Shown: positions 8,822-16,930 of the stretch, piece by piece
How positions within the stretch are numbered: position 1 is the first letter of the stretch
Layout: every line of letters starts with the position of its first letter
Assembly: GCA_041653315.1 (NCBI GenBank)
Contig: JBAZFO010000004.1
Location: forward strand, 1-57,752
Direction: 5' to 3'
DNA from: Candidatus Micrarchaeia archaeon
Lineage (GTDB): Archaea > Micrarchaeota > Micrarchaeia > Anstonellales > JAHKLY01
Length of the DNA stretch: 57,752 nucleotides
Position numbers and translations under genes: made by a program
Notes under the pieces: model-generated
Told to the model about the DNA's origin: nothing
Database searches by the model: none
Seen by the model: the letters and a program-made list of their open reading frames with translations, nothing else

Positions 8822-9004
8822 TCATGCCTTCCTCATATCGGATAGTGCCCGGCTGAGGTCAAGAGATGCCCGTCGCAGGGCTCCGCTTTCCTTGCAGCCG
8901 TCATAGGCGTACTTATCGTCTTTGGCCCGGGCTTCCAGGGCGTCATAAGCCAGAATGAGCCGTTTGACTTCGGCCATGGCCTTGAAAACCTTTTTTGGTT
9001 TCAT
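8822..9004 (-). CDS. Hypothetical protein (60 aa from MKPKKVFK)
   Basis: ORF; ATG at 9004 preferred over the TTG at 9064. Confidence 0.4.
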   Translation of the reverse strand: MKPKKVFKAMAEVKRLILAYDALEARAKDDKYAYDGCKESGALRRASLDLSRALSDMRKA

Positions 9005-9060
9005 GCCGCTTCCCTTGCCCCGGCCTTTTTGAGAGCTTGAAGCAGATTCATCCCCGATGC

Positions 9061-9222
9061 TCAAATAGCATGGTTATCAGGAACCGCTATGCAATTTGCC
9101 GTTAGATTAACCGCCACAAAGAGGTCCTGAGTGCAGGCACTCGGTTGATATCTGACAATAAGCAGCTGGTCACCATTACTACCCCGTAGGGTGGTGCCAG
9201 GTATAGTTTCTGAATTTTTCAC
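9061..9222 (-). CDS. Hypothetical small protein (53 aa, GTG start)
   Basis: AGGAGGG 4 nt upstream of the GTG; GTGA overlap with the stop of the upstream ORF; not in the track (under 60 aa). Confidence 0.35.
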   Translation of the reverse strand: MKNSETIPGTTLRGSNGDQLLIVRYQPSACTQDLFVAVNLTANCIAVPDNHAI

Positions 9223-9473
9223 GCCGCCCTCCTTACCATCAGATATTCCACGCCAGCCGCAGCAATCACGGCCCTCCCTTCCTCCGGGGCGCTTATTAAT
9301 CCCCGTTCAAACAAGACGCGCATGGTGTTGATTTCGGCAAATTCCAGGGCCGGGAGAATCCAGCCGGGGCCGTATTTGTGGTGGCTTTTGTTGCGGACTT
9401 CCCGGAAATAGGCCACGGCCCCGGGGTGATTTAAGGCTTTTAGGACCCTGAGTTGGGCGGGGGATAGGGTCAT
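9219..9473 (-). CDS. Hypothetical protein (84 aa), possibly winged-helix
   Basis: ORF overlapping the ATPase gene stop by 4 nt. Confidence 0.45.
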   Translation of the reverse strand: MTLSPAQLRVLKALNHPGAVAYFREVRNKSHHKYGPGWILPALEFAEINTMRVLFERGLISAPEEGRAVIAAAGVEYLMVRRAA

Positions 9474-11341
9474 GCCGCCTCCTTGGCCCCCGCCTTAACC
9501 TCCCCGTCCTCAAATACAAATCCCTCATTCAGGGGCTGCACCTGGCCGTCCATGAGCACCCATACCTGAAGGTACGGAGTGGGCGAGGGCCTGGCGTGGT
9601 CGGTGGTGGCGAAGATTAACACGGCGTCAAAATCCTGTCTTATGGCCATAATGAAATCAAGCAAAAAGGCTCTGTTCAAGGGGGAAAGGATGTCCGCCTC
9701 ATCAATGAGCATGAGGCGCGCACCGGCCAGGTTTGCAAGGGCATACTGGAATGCAATCCCTACCCGATACCTGGCGGATTTCGAGAGTAAAACATAGGGC
9801 GTCGTGCCCCGGTAAACTTCAAGGTCTTGGGTAAGGTGGACCGGCTCATGTTCATCGCAGTCCGGGAACAGATATCCGGAGGCATACGACAGCTTCTCAT
9901 TTACCGGTCCCAGGGCCTCAGACACGAGCTGTGAGGGGATACCTTCCGGGGCCAGGGCTTTAGCCAGGGCATCATAAAGGGCCACCTCCTTGTCAGCCTG
10001 AGACAGTTTCACCGCCACTGCATCTGCCGCGTCTTTCTTCCGCCAGAAGTCCCGTACCGCGTCCAGGAGGTCGAGCCCGATTTGCAGCCGGGCGTCCAGG
10101 GCGGCGATCTGTTTATCGATGCCGGCCGTGTCCTGGGCCTTGGTTTGGGTTTCCTTGGCCTTGACGATCTTGGCTTCCAGGACCTGCTTTTGCTTGCCGT
10201 AGTCGTCATAGACGGCCTGGGCGAGTTGGGTTTCCTTGAGGTCGGCTTCGATGGATGCCACGTTCTTTTGCAGTTCGGCCAGGTCGGTCTGGGCCTTTTT
10301 TAGGACCGCAGGGTCTACGTCCTTGGGCTTGGTTCCGGGGACCGCCTCTTTACCGGCGCTCGGGCACCCGATTTTATGGACAGGACAGAGGGCCGGGAAG
10401 CTCTTAGGGTCGGACCCCGCGGTCATGGCCGTGATCTTGGCTTGCAGGTCCGCCACCAGCCCCTTATTAATTTCCAGGGCCTTTGTGCTGCGCTCAACCT
10501 CCCCTTCTTCCGGGGGTTCGGGGGCACCGGCTTCCATGGACTGCAACTCCGCCTCCAGGTCCGGAAGTCTGTCGGCCTTGGCTTCAGCTTTGCCGCGCTG
10601 CTTTAAGAGTTTATCGCGTTCGGCCCTGAGGGTGGATAGTCCTGATTCCACGTCGACCTGCTGGATATCGGGGAGGATGTGGATGGTGTCCCCGATGGTG
10701 AGTTGGGTTTCCGGTTCCTGGACTTGGGCGTCGTCGCGGGTGCGCTTGGCGATGCGGCGGCGGGTTACGGCTTCGGTTTCGGCTGCTTTAAAACCCTGGG
10801 CAGCGGCAATGTCGGACAAATCGGGTACGCACTTTAACCAGCGGCCCTCTGAGGCGGCTTCGGGCTCAACAAGGGCCGAAAGCCTTTTTGAAATTTCCGC
10901 GGCCGAAGGATTCAATCCCGGCAACATCCGAAACAGCACCCCCCGCCGCTCCTTGTCCGCCATGGACAAAAACGTGAGAGGGTCACAAAGGATCGCCGCC
11001 ATGACCTGATCATCGGGGATCGGGCCGACTACGCTTGCCGCAGTCTTGGGAGTCTTCTTGCGGATGATTTGGGGCGGCTTGTCCGGGTGCCTGTCGGGCA
11101 TGGACTCAAGGGTGATAACCACCTCTGCGGCCTTAGCGCCTTCTTTGATGAGGGATGCCTGTTGCTCATGGGTCTTAAGTCCGCGAGCCTGGCCGGTGAG
11201 ACCGTAAGCGATAGCGTCCCGGATTGACGACTTACCAGCTTCATTTTCGCCCACGATAAGGTGGAGGGGTGCCCCGGAAAGGTCCATCTCCAAGTCTGTG
11301 ATAGCCAAAAAATTATGGATCGAAATCTTGTCAATCTTCAA
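9470..11341 (-). CDS. SMC/SbcC/Rad50-like AAA ATPase (623 aa)
   Basis: Walker A GENEAGKSS, long central coiled coil, Walker B LMLIDEAD; TTG start with AAAGGAGGG 7 nt upstream. Confidence 0.75.
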   Translation of the reverse strand: MKIDKISIHNFLAITDLEMDLSGAPLHLIVGENEAGKSSIRDAIAYGLTGQARGLKTHEQQASLIKEGAKAAEVVITLESMPDRHPDKPPQIIRKKTPKTAASVVGPIPDDQVMAAILCDPLTFLSMADKERRGVLFRMLPGLNPSAAEISKRLSALVEPEAASEGRWLKCVPDLSDIAAAQGFKAAETEAVTRRRIAKRTRDDAQVQEPETQLTIGDTIHILPDIQQVDVESGLSTLRAERDKLLKQRGKAEAKADRLPDLEAELQSMEAGAPEPPEEGEVERSTKALEINKGLVADLQAKITAMTAGSDPKSFPALCPVHKIGCPSAGKEAVPGTKPKDVDPAVLKKAQTDLAELQKNVASIEADLKETQLAQAVYDDYGKQKQVLEAKIVKAKETQTKAQDTAGIDKQIAALDARLQIGLDLLDAVRDFWRKKDAADAVAVKLSQADKEVALYDALAKALAPEGIPSQLVSEALGPVNEKLSYASGYLFPDCDEHEPVHLTQDLEVYRGTTPYVLLSKSARYRVGIAFQYALANLAGARLMLIDEADILSPLNRAFLLDFIMAIRQDFDAVLIFATTDHARPSPTPYLQVWVLMDGQVQPLNEGFVFEDGEVKAGAKEAA

Positions 11342-11354
11342 AATACCCTCCTTT

Positions 11355-11385
11355 CAAAAAGTAGGGGCCGGGTTGCCCCAGCCCC
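11355..11385 (-). terminator. Candidate intrinsic terminator/attenuator just upstream of the ATPase RBS
   Basis: Minus strand GGGGCTGGG-gcaa-CCCGGCCCC (9-bp stem, GNRA-like loop) followed by TACTTTTT. Confidence 0.45.
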
Positions 11386-11505
11386 TGTTGTTGCCCGTGC
11401 CTTGCCTTGTCGTGCCCCACCAAGCCAAGCCGCGCCGCGCCGCGCCTTGCCGTGCCCCACCATGCCGCGCACGGCCTTACCCGATCGTGCCTTGCCTCGA
11501 CAAGA
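11386..11505. repeat. GC-rich intergenic repeat element A (CAAGGCAAGG and GTGGGGCACG motifs)
   Basis: Minus-strand CAAGGCAAGG at 11400-11409; GGTGGGGCACG twice; CGTGCCTTGCC twice. Confidence 0.7.
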
Positions 11506-11512
11506 CATATCC

Positions 11513-12010
11513 CTATTTCTTCTCAAAAAATTCCAGCGTCTGTGAAAAGGTTAATTTCTCCATTTTTTCGGAGATGACCCCTTCAATAGCTGCAACTGTC
11601 TTGGGTTTGGTTATCCGATTAACCATCGCCAATAGTGTAGCTACAGTATTATGTTTTATTTTTAGATGGTCAGGCAGACCGGCATAATTATTTAGGCAGA
11701 TTAAGGTCTTAAACCCATTTCTGGCCCTACCTCTTGCCCTATCAAGGGCCTTATGCCCGGCTCCTACGATTTCATCATCTTCCAAACACTTTAGGCCGAC
11801 GTTTGGCATGACCCCAAAAGCCTTTCTGTTAATGCTCCGGGCCTTATTTCGAGCCGTGAACAGGCTTGCATAGGCGTCTGTCTGTACGTCCCGGCCAATT
11901 AGCTCGTTTAATTCCTCATAGGTGATTATTTCCCCAGGGTTCACCTGAATTATCCGATCATAAAGCACCTGGGCATCAATGCCGATTTTGAATAGCTTTT
12001 TGTCTTGCAT
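11513..12010 (-). CDS. Hypothetical protein (165 aa from MQDKKLFK)
   Basis: ATG at 12010 preceded by AAGGGAG; upstream codons of the tracked ORF lie in GC-rich repeat element B. Confidence 0.55.
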   Translation of the reverse strand: MQDKKLFKIGIDAQVLYDRIIQVNPGEIITYEELNELIGRDVQTDAYASLFTARNKARSINRKAFGVMPNVGLKCLEDDEIVGAGHKALDRARGRARNGFKTLICLNNYAGLPDHLKIKHNTVATLLAMVNRITKPKTVAAIEGVISEKMEKLTFSQTLEFFEKK

Positions 12011-12091
12011 AAAAACTCCCTTGCCTTGCGTTGCCTGGCCCGGCCGAGCCCTGACGTGTCGAGCCCAGCGCCGCTCCGCCAAGAAAAACGT
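12011..12091. repeat. GC-rich intergenic repeat element B
   Basis: Minus-strand GGCAACGCAAGGCAAGG, with CAAGGCAAGG at 12019-12028. Confidence 0.65.
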
Positions 12092-12655
12092 TTAATCTTC
12101 TTCTTCGAGTTCTACGGTTTCCACTACCTTGAACCTGCCATAAAAGCCATTATTTGCGGGCCGAAAGCGACCCAAACCGATGAACTTCCCCATGGCATCC
12201 AAATGTTTATCAAAGACCGCCTTGGTAATGATATTGTCCAGGACATAGACGACCAGGTCCCCACCCCATTCAGGAATAACCGGAAAGAATTTCCATACCC
12301 GCTTACCGCCACCCCGCTTGCCATCGGACGGTACAAAAAGGCGCTCTCCCTGCACCTCGCTTTTCAGAACCGGCAAGACCATGGGGTCCATCACCATGAT
12401 CCCGCTTTCAAAGTGTTTCGTGTAGGTTTTTTGGCCTTCATATTTGATGCTCAAGAATTTGGCGATAGCTGCCAACCCGTTCTTGAAGGCCGTGGGCGGA
12501 ATAATAATGTGCCCGGTCTCGTCAACGTGCGTCTTTTCCCGCCAAGTCCGGGTTTCATAAGCATCGGGCAATTCCCTTTCCAGCTTCGGGGTTTCGTGGT
12601 GCTTAGACTGTGAATAGGCAGAAATTCCTTTGATTGTTGCAATGATACGCCTCAT
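12092..12655 (-). CDS. Hypothetical protein (187 aa)
   Basis: ORF with CAAGGAG RBS 8 nt upstream; acidic C-terminal tail EEED. Confidence 0.55.
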   Translation of the reverse strand: MRRIIATIKGISAYSQSKHHETPKLERELPDAYETRTWREKTHVDETGHIIIPPTAFKNGLAAIAKFLSIKYEGQKTYTKHFESGIMVMDPMVLPVLKSEVQGERLFVPSDGKRGGGKRVWKFFPVIPEWGGDLVVYVLDNIITKAVFDKHLDAMGKFIGLGRFRPANNGFYGRFKVVETVELEEED

Positions 12656-12775
12656 AGTAATGTTCTCCTTGCCGCGCTATTGCGCAGGATTAAAGTTTGA
12701 AACCTTGCCTTGCCACGCGTTGCCTTGCCCCACCGCGCCATGTCTTGCCACGCCCTGCCATGGCCATTAAAAGGT
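12656..12775. repeat. GC-rich intergenic repeat element C
   Basis: Minus-strand GGTGGGGCAAGGCAACGCGTGGCAAGGCAAGG, with CAAGGCAAGG at 12703-12712. Confidence 0.65.
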
Positions 12776-12976
12776 TTGTGCGGAAAAATCCCGCCCAAAA
12801 ATCATATTGGAATAATTCATACCGGGGCCACACCCCTGTTGCCGGAATTACCGCCAGATATTATGACTGTAGTGCGATTGCCCTCGACGGCTTAACCTGT
12901 GAGTGAAATCAAAACAGGCATCCCAGCGTGTACCGCCTCAGCGTGCAGCGTGAAGGGTAGAGGGCGTTGCGGAAAA

Positions 12977-13669
12977 TTATTCGATGGGACGAAAGGTACC
13001 GAGCAGGAGGTTATCGGGAAGCGTTTTAGCGATAACTACGGCATATTCTGCCTTATTGGAAATGCGGATAGAGATACCTGCATAGATACCAAAATCCTCA
13101 CCGGCCTCGATGCCCTCACCGGCCTCGATGCCCCAACCGGCCTCGATGCCCGAACCGGCCTTGATGCCCTCACCGGCCTCGATGCCCCAACCGGCCTTGA
13201 TGCCCTCACCGGCCTCGATGCCCTCACCGGCCTCGATGCCCTCACCGGCCTCGATGCCCGAACCGGCCTCGATGCCCCAACCGGCCTCGATGCCCCAACC
13301 GGCCTTGATGCCCCAACCGGCCTTGATGCCCTCACCGGCCTCGATGCCCTCACCGGCCTTGATGCCCTCACCGGCCTTGATGCCCGAACCGGAAACAAGC
13401 CTTTTGGCAATTTTGATAAATCCAGCCACCTTAATGCAGCCTGCAAAAAAGAGGCTTCCTTTAATTTCCAGGTTGCCCTTTACTTCAAGAATTGCCTTGG
13501 TAGGTCCGGCTTTTTCTAAGAGCCATGATGCCCAATCGTCTCGGCCATCAGAAGCTAATTTATCCAAGACGCCTTGGTATTCCCCACCATCGGGAAAATT
13601 CTGCAAGAACCAGTTCCGGCCACAGCGACACGCTGATTTTTCTTCGAGCCATTCTTTAGTGATTTGCAT
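12977..13669 (-). CDS. Hexapeptide-repeat protein (230 aa): N-terminal Cys-containing domain, 16 x GI(E/K)AG(E/W/S) repeats, short C-terminal domain
   Basis: AGGAGG 5 nt upstream of the ATG at 13669; non-repeat flanks are coherent only in this frame; repeat fits the left-handed beta-helix hexapeptide pattern. Confidence 0.7.
   Translation of the reverse strand: MQITKEWLEEKSACRCGRNWFLQNFPDGGEYQGVLDKLASDGRDDWASWLLEKAGPTKAILEVKGNLEIKGSLFFAGCIKVAGFIKIAKRLVSGSGIKAGEGIKAGEGIEAGEGIKAGWGIKAGWGIEAGWGIEAGSGIEAGEGIEAGEGIEAGEGIKAGWGIEAGEGIKAGSGIEAGWGIEAGEGIEAGEDFGIYAGISIRISNKAEYAVVIAKTLPDNLLLGTFRPIE
13097..13390. repeat. 16 tandem 18-bp units (c[tc/ca/ga]accggcct[c/t]gatgcc) plus a partial 17th
   Basis: Counted unit by unit; 15 of 18 positions are invariant in all copies. 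Confidence 0.95.
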
Positions 13670-13742
13670 CTACGCCTCCTATAATATTTCGAGTGGACCG
13701 GCCTTTACCTTGCGGAGGGTGGCCGGGACCGGTTGGGGGGAA

Positions 13743-14900
13743 TCACACCTCCTTGGCCTTGTGGAATTTCACCGTCTCCGTCTCTTTCTGTTCGGCCCCC
13801 GCCAGGATCCGTTCAATCAGGGCCTTGCGCTCCTTGGACCGCTTGCCGGTGAGCCCCATCAATTTCAGGCCTGAGTCCAGGGAGGTCTTGCCGATCTTGA
13901 GCACTTTCCAGACGTCATCTGCCGGGAAGTTCATCTCCAGGAGTTGTTCAGTTACGGTCTTTGGGTCCAGGTCGTAATCGACGCCGGGCACCGGGCCATA
14001 GATGAGGTCGCCCACCGGGACCGGACCGAATTGCTGGACGTATTCCTTGAGCCGGGCGGTAAGGGCCTTTTCCATTTCCTTAATGGCCAGGAGGATGCCA
14101 GCCGCCTTGACCGCGTCCGCCTGACAGGCCGGGGCCATTACTTCCACGGGCACCAGGGCATTCGCCATATAGCTGCAATGACTCTGGACGCCGCACATAG
14201 AACAGTAGTGCCCGGGGCGCGGGTCGAAATGCTTCTCCGCTTCGATGATGGCGATCTTTTCTTCGAGTTCCGCCGGCACGGTGGCCAGGTCCTGGGGGGT
14301 TAGGAGGGTTTCCCGCTCTGCACCGTAACGCATGAAATGCAGCCGCAGTAAGACCTCCTGAGCGGCGGGGTAAAGGGCTTGCTTCACCGCCCACCCGTAG
14401 ATTTTTAGCTGCAAGGGGATGTGCTCCGGGTCGATGTTGATGATTGCCCTGTTGGTCTTAAAATCAATGACCACTGCCAGGGTGCCCTGCAGAAAGGTAA
14501 AGTCAGTAATCGCCCGAAAAAAGGCGTCTTTGGCGAACCATTCCACCGGCTGCCATGCCCGGTTAAAGGCCAGCTTCTTTTCGATGCCGGGGGCCTCCAG
14601 GGGCGGGAGAACGAAGTTTTCATAGAACCGGGTGAATATCTCGGTCACGTCCGGATGGGTTGAGGTCGTGAGCAGGCCCGTAGCCCAATCCCAGTCCGTC
14701 TGTTGCTCAGTGTTCACCAGCCGGGAGATGTAGTCACCGGCCAGCTTATGAGCGTCCCTGCCGATGATCAGGGGTTCTGAATCTGCTCTCGGTATCTTTT
14801 CGATACGGATTTTTTTAAAGGCATGAGGGCATCCCCCATGCACCTCTCCGCCAAAAAACATCTCCAAGGCGGACCAGGAATATGCTGCTGGCTTTGCCAT
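13743..14900 (-). CDS. PD-(D/E)XK exonuclease, Cas4/RecB-like, with Fe-S Cys cluster (385 aa)
   Basis: N-terminal Cys (GGCPHAF), VIDFKTNR nuclease motif, C-terminal CSMCGVQSHC (Cx2Cx5C); AGGAGGAGG upstream of the ATG at 14900. Confidence 0.75.
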   Translation of the reverse strand: MAKPAAYSWSALEMFFGGEVHGGCPHAFKKIRIEKIPRADSEPLIIGRDAHKLAGDYISRLVNTEQQTDWDWATGLLTTSTHPDVTEIFTRFYENFVLPPLEAPGIEKKLAFNRAWQPVEWFAKDAFFRAITDFTFLQGTLAVVIDFKTNRAIINIDPEHIPLQLKIYGWAVKQALYPAAQEVLLRLHFMRYGAERETLLTPQDLATVPAELEEKIAIIEAEKHFDPRPGHYCSMCGVQSHCSYMANALVPVEVMAPACQADAVKAAGILLAIKEMEKALTARLKEYVQQFGPVPVGDLIYGPVPGVDYDLDPKTVTEQLLEMNFPADDVWKVLKIGKTSLDSGLKLMGLTGKRSKERKALIERILAGAEQKETETVKFHKAKEV

Positions 14901-14911
14901 AAATCCTCCTC

Positions 14912-15172
14912 CTACCCATCCAGCCGGTGCTCTTGCTTCGCGCCGTCCGCCAGGTCGGTTATCAGCCGGGCCGTGCCCTCTTTTAACTGCTTCCCCAAAG
15001 CCAGCCCTTGCAGGTAGGCCGCGCCGAAATTGACACACAGAGATTCGATTGCCGCGTCGCTCAGTTTTGCCTGGCCGCCCATGTTAAGGGCCTGCATAGA
15101 TTCCCGGGCCGATTTGATCATGAACGCCCGGGAGCGGCGGTTGTTGCGGAGTTTGCGGAAGTAGTTGAACAT
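14912..15172 (-). CDS. Hypothetical protein (86 aa)
   Basis: ORF in operon. Confidence 0.45.
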   Translation of the reverse strand: MFNYFRKLRNNRRSRAFMIKSARESMQALNMGGQAKLSDAAIESLCVNFGAAYLQGLALGKQLKEGTARLITDLADGAKQEHRLDG

Positions 15173-15177
15173 AGCCT

Positions 15178-15387
15178 CTACCTCATCCCTTGTTTCCTGG
15201 CCTGATTCACCAGGGCAAAAAGGTATTGGGCCTTTTCCTGGAAGGCTTCCTCAGGATAGGCCTGAACTTCGCCACGACGTTCCCGGTCTGAGTTTGCCGC
15301 CTTCATGGCCTCAATTTCTGCCTGGACCGCCATGGCCTCGATATATGTCGCCAGCAATAAACTTGCCTCGAATGCCTCCATGAACAT
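15178..15387 (-). CDS. Hypothetical protein (69 aa)
   Basis: ORF in operon, helical/acidic. Confidence 0.45.
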   Translation of the reverse strand: MFMEAFEASLLLATYIEAMAVQAEIEAMKAANSDRERRGEVQAYPEEAFQEKAQYLFALVNQARKQGMR

Positions 15388-15397
15388 CTCCTATTTT

Positions 15398-15472
15398 TGG
15401 TAGTCCTGCCTGGACTCGAACCAGGGTCTGACCCTTATAAGGGGTCGGCTCTAACCATTGAGCTACAGGACC
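15398..15472 (-). tRNA. tRNA-Ile, anticodon UAU, CCA encoded
   Basis: Hand-folded cloverleaf: GGTCCTG/TA/GCTC-AATGGTTA-GAGC/C/GACCC-CTTATAA-GGGTC/AGAC/CCTGG-TTCGAGT-CCAGG/CAGGACT/A/CCA. Confidence 0.85.
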
Positions 15473-15481
15473 GGTGGTTGA

Positions 15482-16927
15482 CTAAAACAATGACCGGCGC
15501 GCCTCTTTCCCATTCCCCTTATCCTTGGGAATCGCCGCCGAGGACTGGCCGCCATGAATTGCCGCCGCAGTAGCTTCTTTGCCCATAGCCAGAGCATCTT
15601 CCGGGGAAGTAATGCCTCCCGCAATCCGCTCCTGCCCCTCCTGCTCCGCCATGGCCACATGAATCGCCAGATTAATCCCCGCCTCCTTGAAGGACTTTGC
15701 AATCATGTCCGCGGTCAAACCGTTGCTCACCTGGGGGAGGTTGGGCACCAGTTCGATGGTGATCATCATCTCTTCCCGGATATTGAGCCCCCACTCGAGC
15801 CAGCGCCCGATATGGACACCCTTTGAAGTTTGCAGGGGGACGGGGAGGTCCACACAGGCGTTGTCCTTTTTTGCCAGGTCCATGAGCTCGGGAAGGGTGA
15901 GAGCCGCGGGCTTGAGGGTCGTCGATTGATCGGTCGATTTGGCTTCCTGGCCACCGCCGTTTCTGGGCTCCTGGGCTTGCGACTCCGCCTCAGTTTGAGG
16001 CACCGGGTTGGACGTGGTGGGTTGGGTAGCCTGCGCCTTTTTCTTGCCGTTACGGGGCTCCTGTGCGGCCGGTTTCTTGCCCTCTTCGACTTCTGCGGGG
16101 TCCGGGTAGAACTCCGCCGCGGTCGCTTCCTGTTCCTCCGCCGACTCCTGATGGGGGGCGACAAGGAGCTTCCTGGCCTCTACCTCGATAGTGTCCATTC
16201 TGATCTGGTGCTCAACCCGGCGCCGGGCGATTTCGTAACCGAGTTCGGCCAGCTTTTCTTCCGGCCCCCGGTATTCCAGGGAGACGATATAGGCGACCAT
16301 GCTCTTGCCGTCCGGGGTGGATACCGTCTTAGGAGCAAGCACCATCCTCAAGGGAATGCCGGAGAGGGGGCCGCCCGTGATCGCCTTGATGAGCGCCATG
16401 CTGGAAAGAATGGCGTTCACAGTATTCCACGATGTGGTCTTGAAGGACCAAATGCCCCCGACGCTATCGACACCCTCTACCAGGCAGCGCAGACTTCCCC
16501 AGGGTTTACACTTGGGCTGTCCGGTGTAACCCGCTTCCAGGTGTTCGCAGGGGCATGGAATAGAGGAAAACTTGCCGTCCTGGCCAATCCGTTCCGCTTC
16601 CACGCCGTCCCCGGAACACCAGATACTCTTCCCGCCATAGGCCGCATACCGGGTAAAAAAGTTCAAATCGGGATCGTCAAAAAGGAGCCGGATTGGGATT
16701 TCCAAGAGCTTCTGGGCACCCTGAGCCTGCATGAGGCGGTCCATTAGGGCCGTGTCCTTGATAAACCGGCCGGCTGCATCCCGCTGCGTGGTCACTATCT
16801 CGAAATGATCGTACTTGACCGGGAGCATGTAGGTTCCCTGGCCGTCCCGCTTTTTCCGTTCTTCTCCCAACCCCCCGATCTTGATCTTGCCTTTTTCGGC
16901 GGGGCGAGGTGTTAAGTTGCGAATCAT
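15482..16927 (-). CDS. Conserved-looking phage protein of unknown function (481 aa): globular N-domain with Cys cluster, PEQ-rich linker, C-terminal domain
   Basis: KIKIGGLGE...WCSGDG...CPCEH...KCKPWGSLRC; low-complexity region at about aa 255-345; sits in the DNA-metabolism block. Confidence 0.5.
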   Translation of the reverse strand: MIRNLTPRPAEKGKIKIGGLGEERKKRDGQGTYMLPVKYDHFEIVTTQRDAAGRFIKDTALMDRLMQAQGAQKLLEIPIRLLFDDPDLNFFTRYAAYGGKSIWCSGDGVEAERIGQDGKFSSIPCPCEHLEAGYTGQPKCKPWGSLRCLVEGVDSVGGIWSFKTTSWNTVNAILSSMALIKAITGGPLSGIPLRMVLAPKTVSTPDGKSMVAYIVSLEYRGPEEKLAELGYEIARRRVEHQIRMDTIEVEARKLLVAPHQESAEEQEATAAEFYPDPAEVEEGKKPAAQEPRNGKKKAQATQPTTSNPVPQTEAESQAQEPRNGGGQEAKSTDQSTTLKPAALTLPELMDLAKKDNACVDLPVPLQTSKGVHIGRWLEWGLNIREEMMITIELVPNLPQVSNGLTADMIAKSFKEAGINLAIHVAMAEQEGQERIAGGITSPEDALAMGKEATAAAIHGGQSSAAIPKDKGNGKEARRSLF

Positions 16928-16930
16928 GGT

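Noticed and set aside
11261-11687. ORFs 11261-11545, 11298-11687 (plus) and 11338-11526 (minus), and the N-terminal extension of 11513-12082
   Set aside because: They are generated by the GC-rich intergenic repeat (ALP/PC or GKAR/ARQG repeats). They overlap real gene ends, and a better start with an RBS exists at 12010.
13097-13390. Possible CRISPR array
   Set aside because: The units are contiguous 18-bp repeats with no spacers and lie inside an ORF. No cas genes are present apart from a phage Cas4-like nuclease, which is a common phage recombination enzyme.
12899-13874. Plus-strand ORFs through the 18-bp repeat array (LTGLDAPTGLDA... and MPSPASMPQPAS... proteins), and the third minus frame (RASRPVGASRPV...)
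   Set aside because: These are alternative frames of the same tandem repeat. Only the 12977-13669 minus frame has a strong RBS and sensible non-repeat N- and C-terminal domains.
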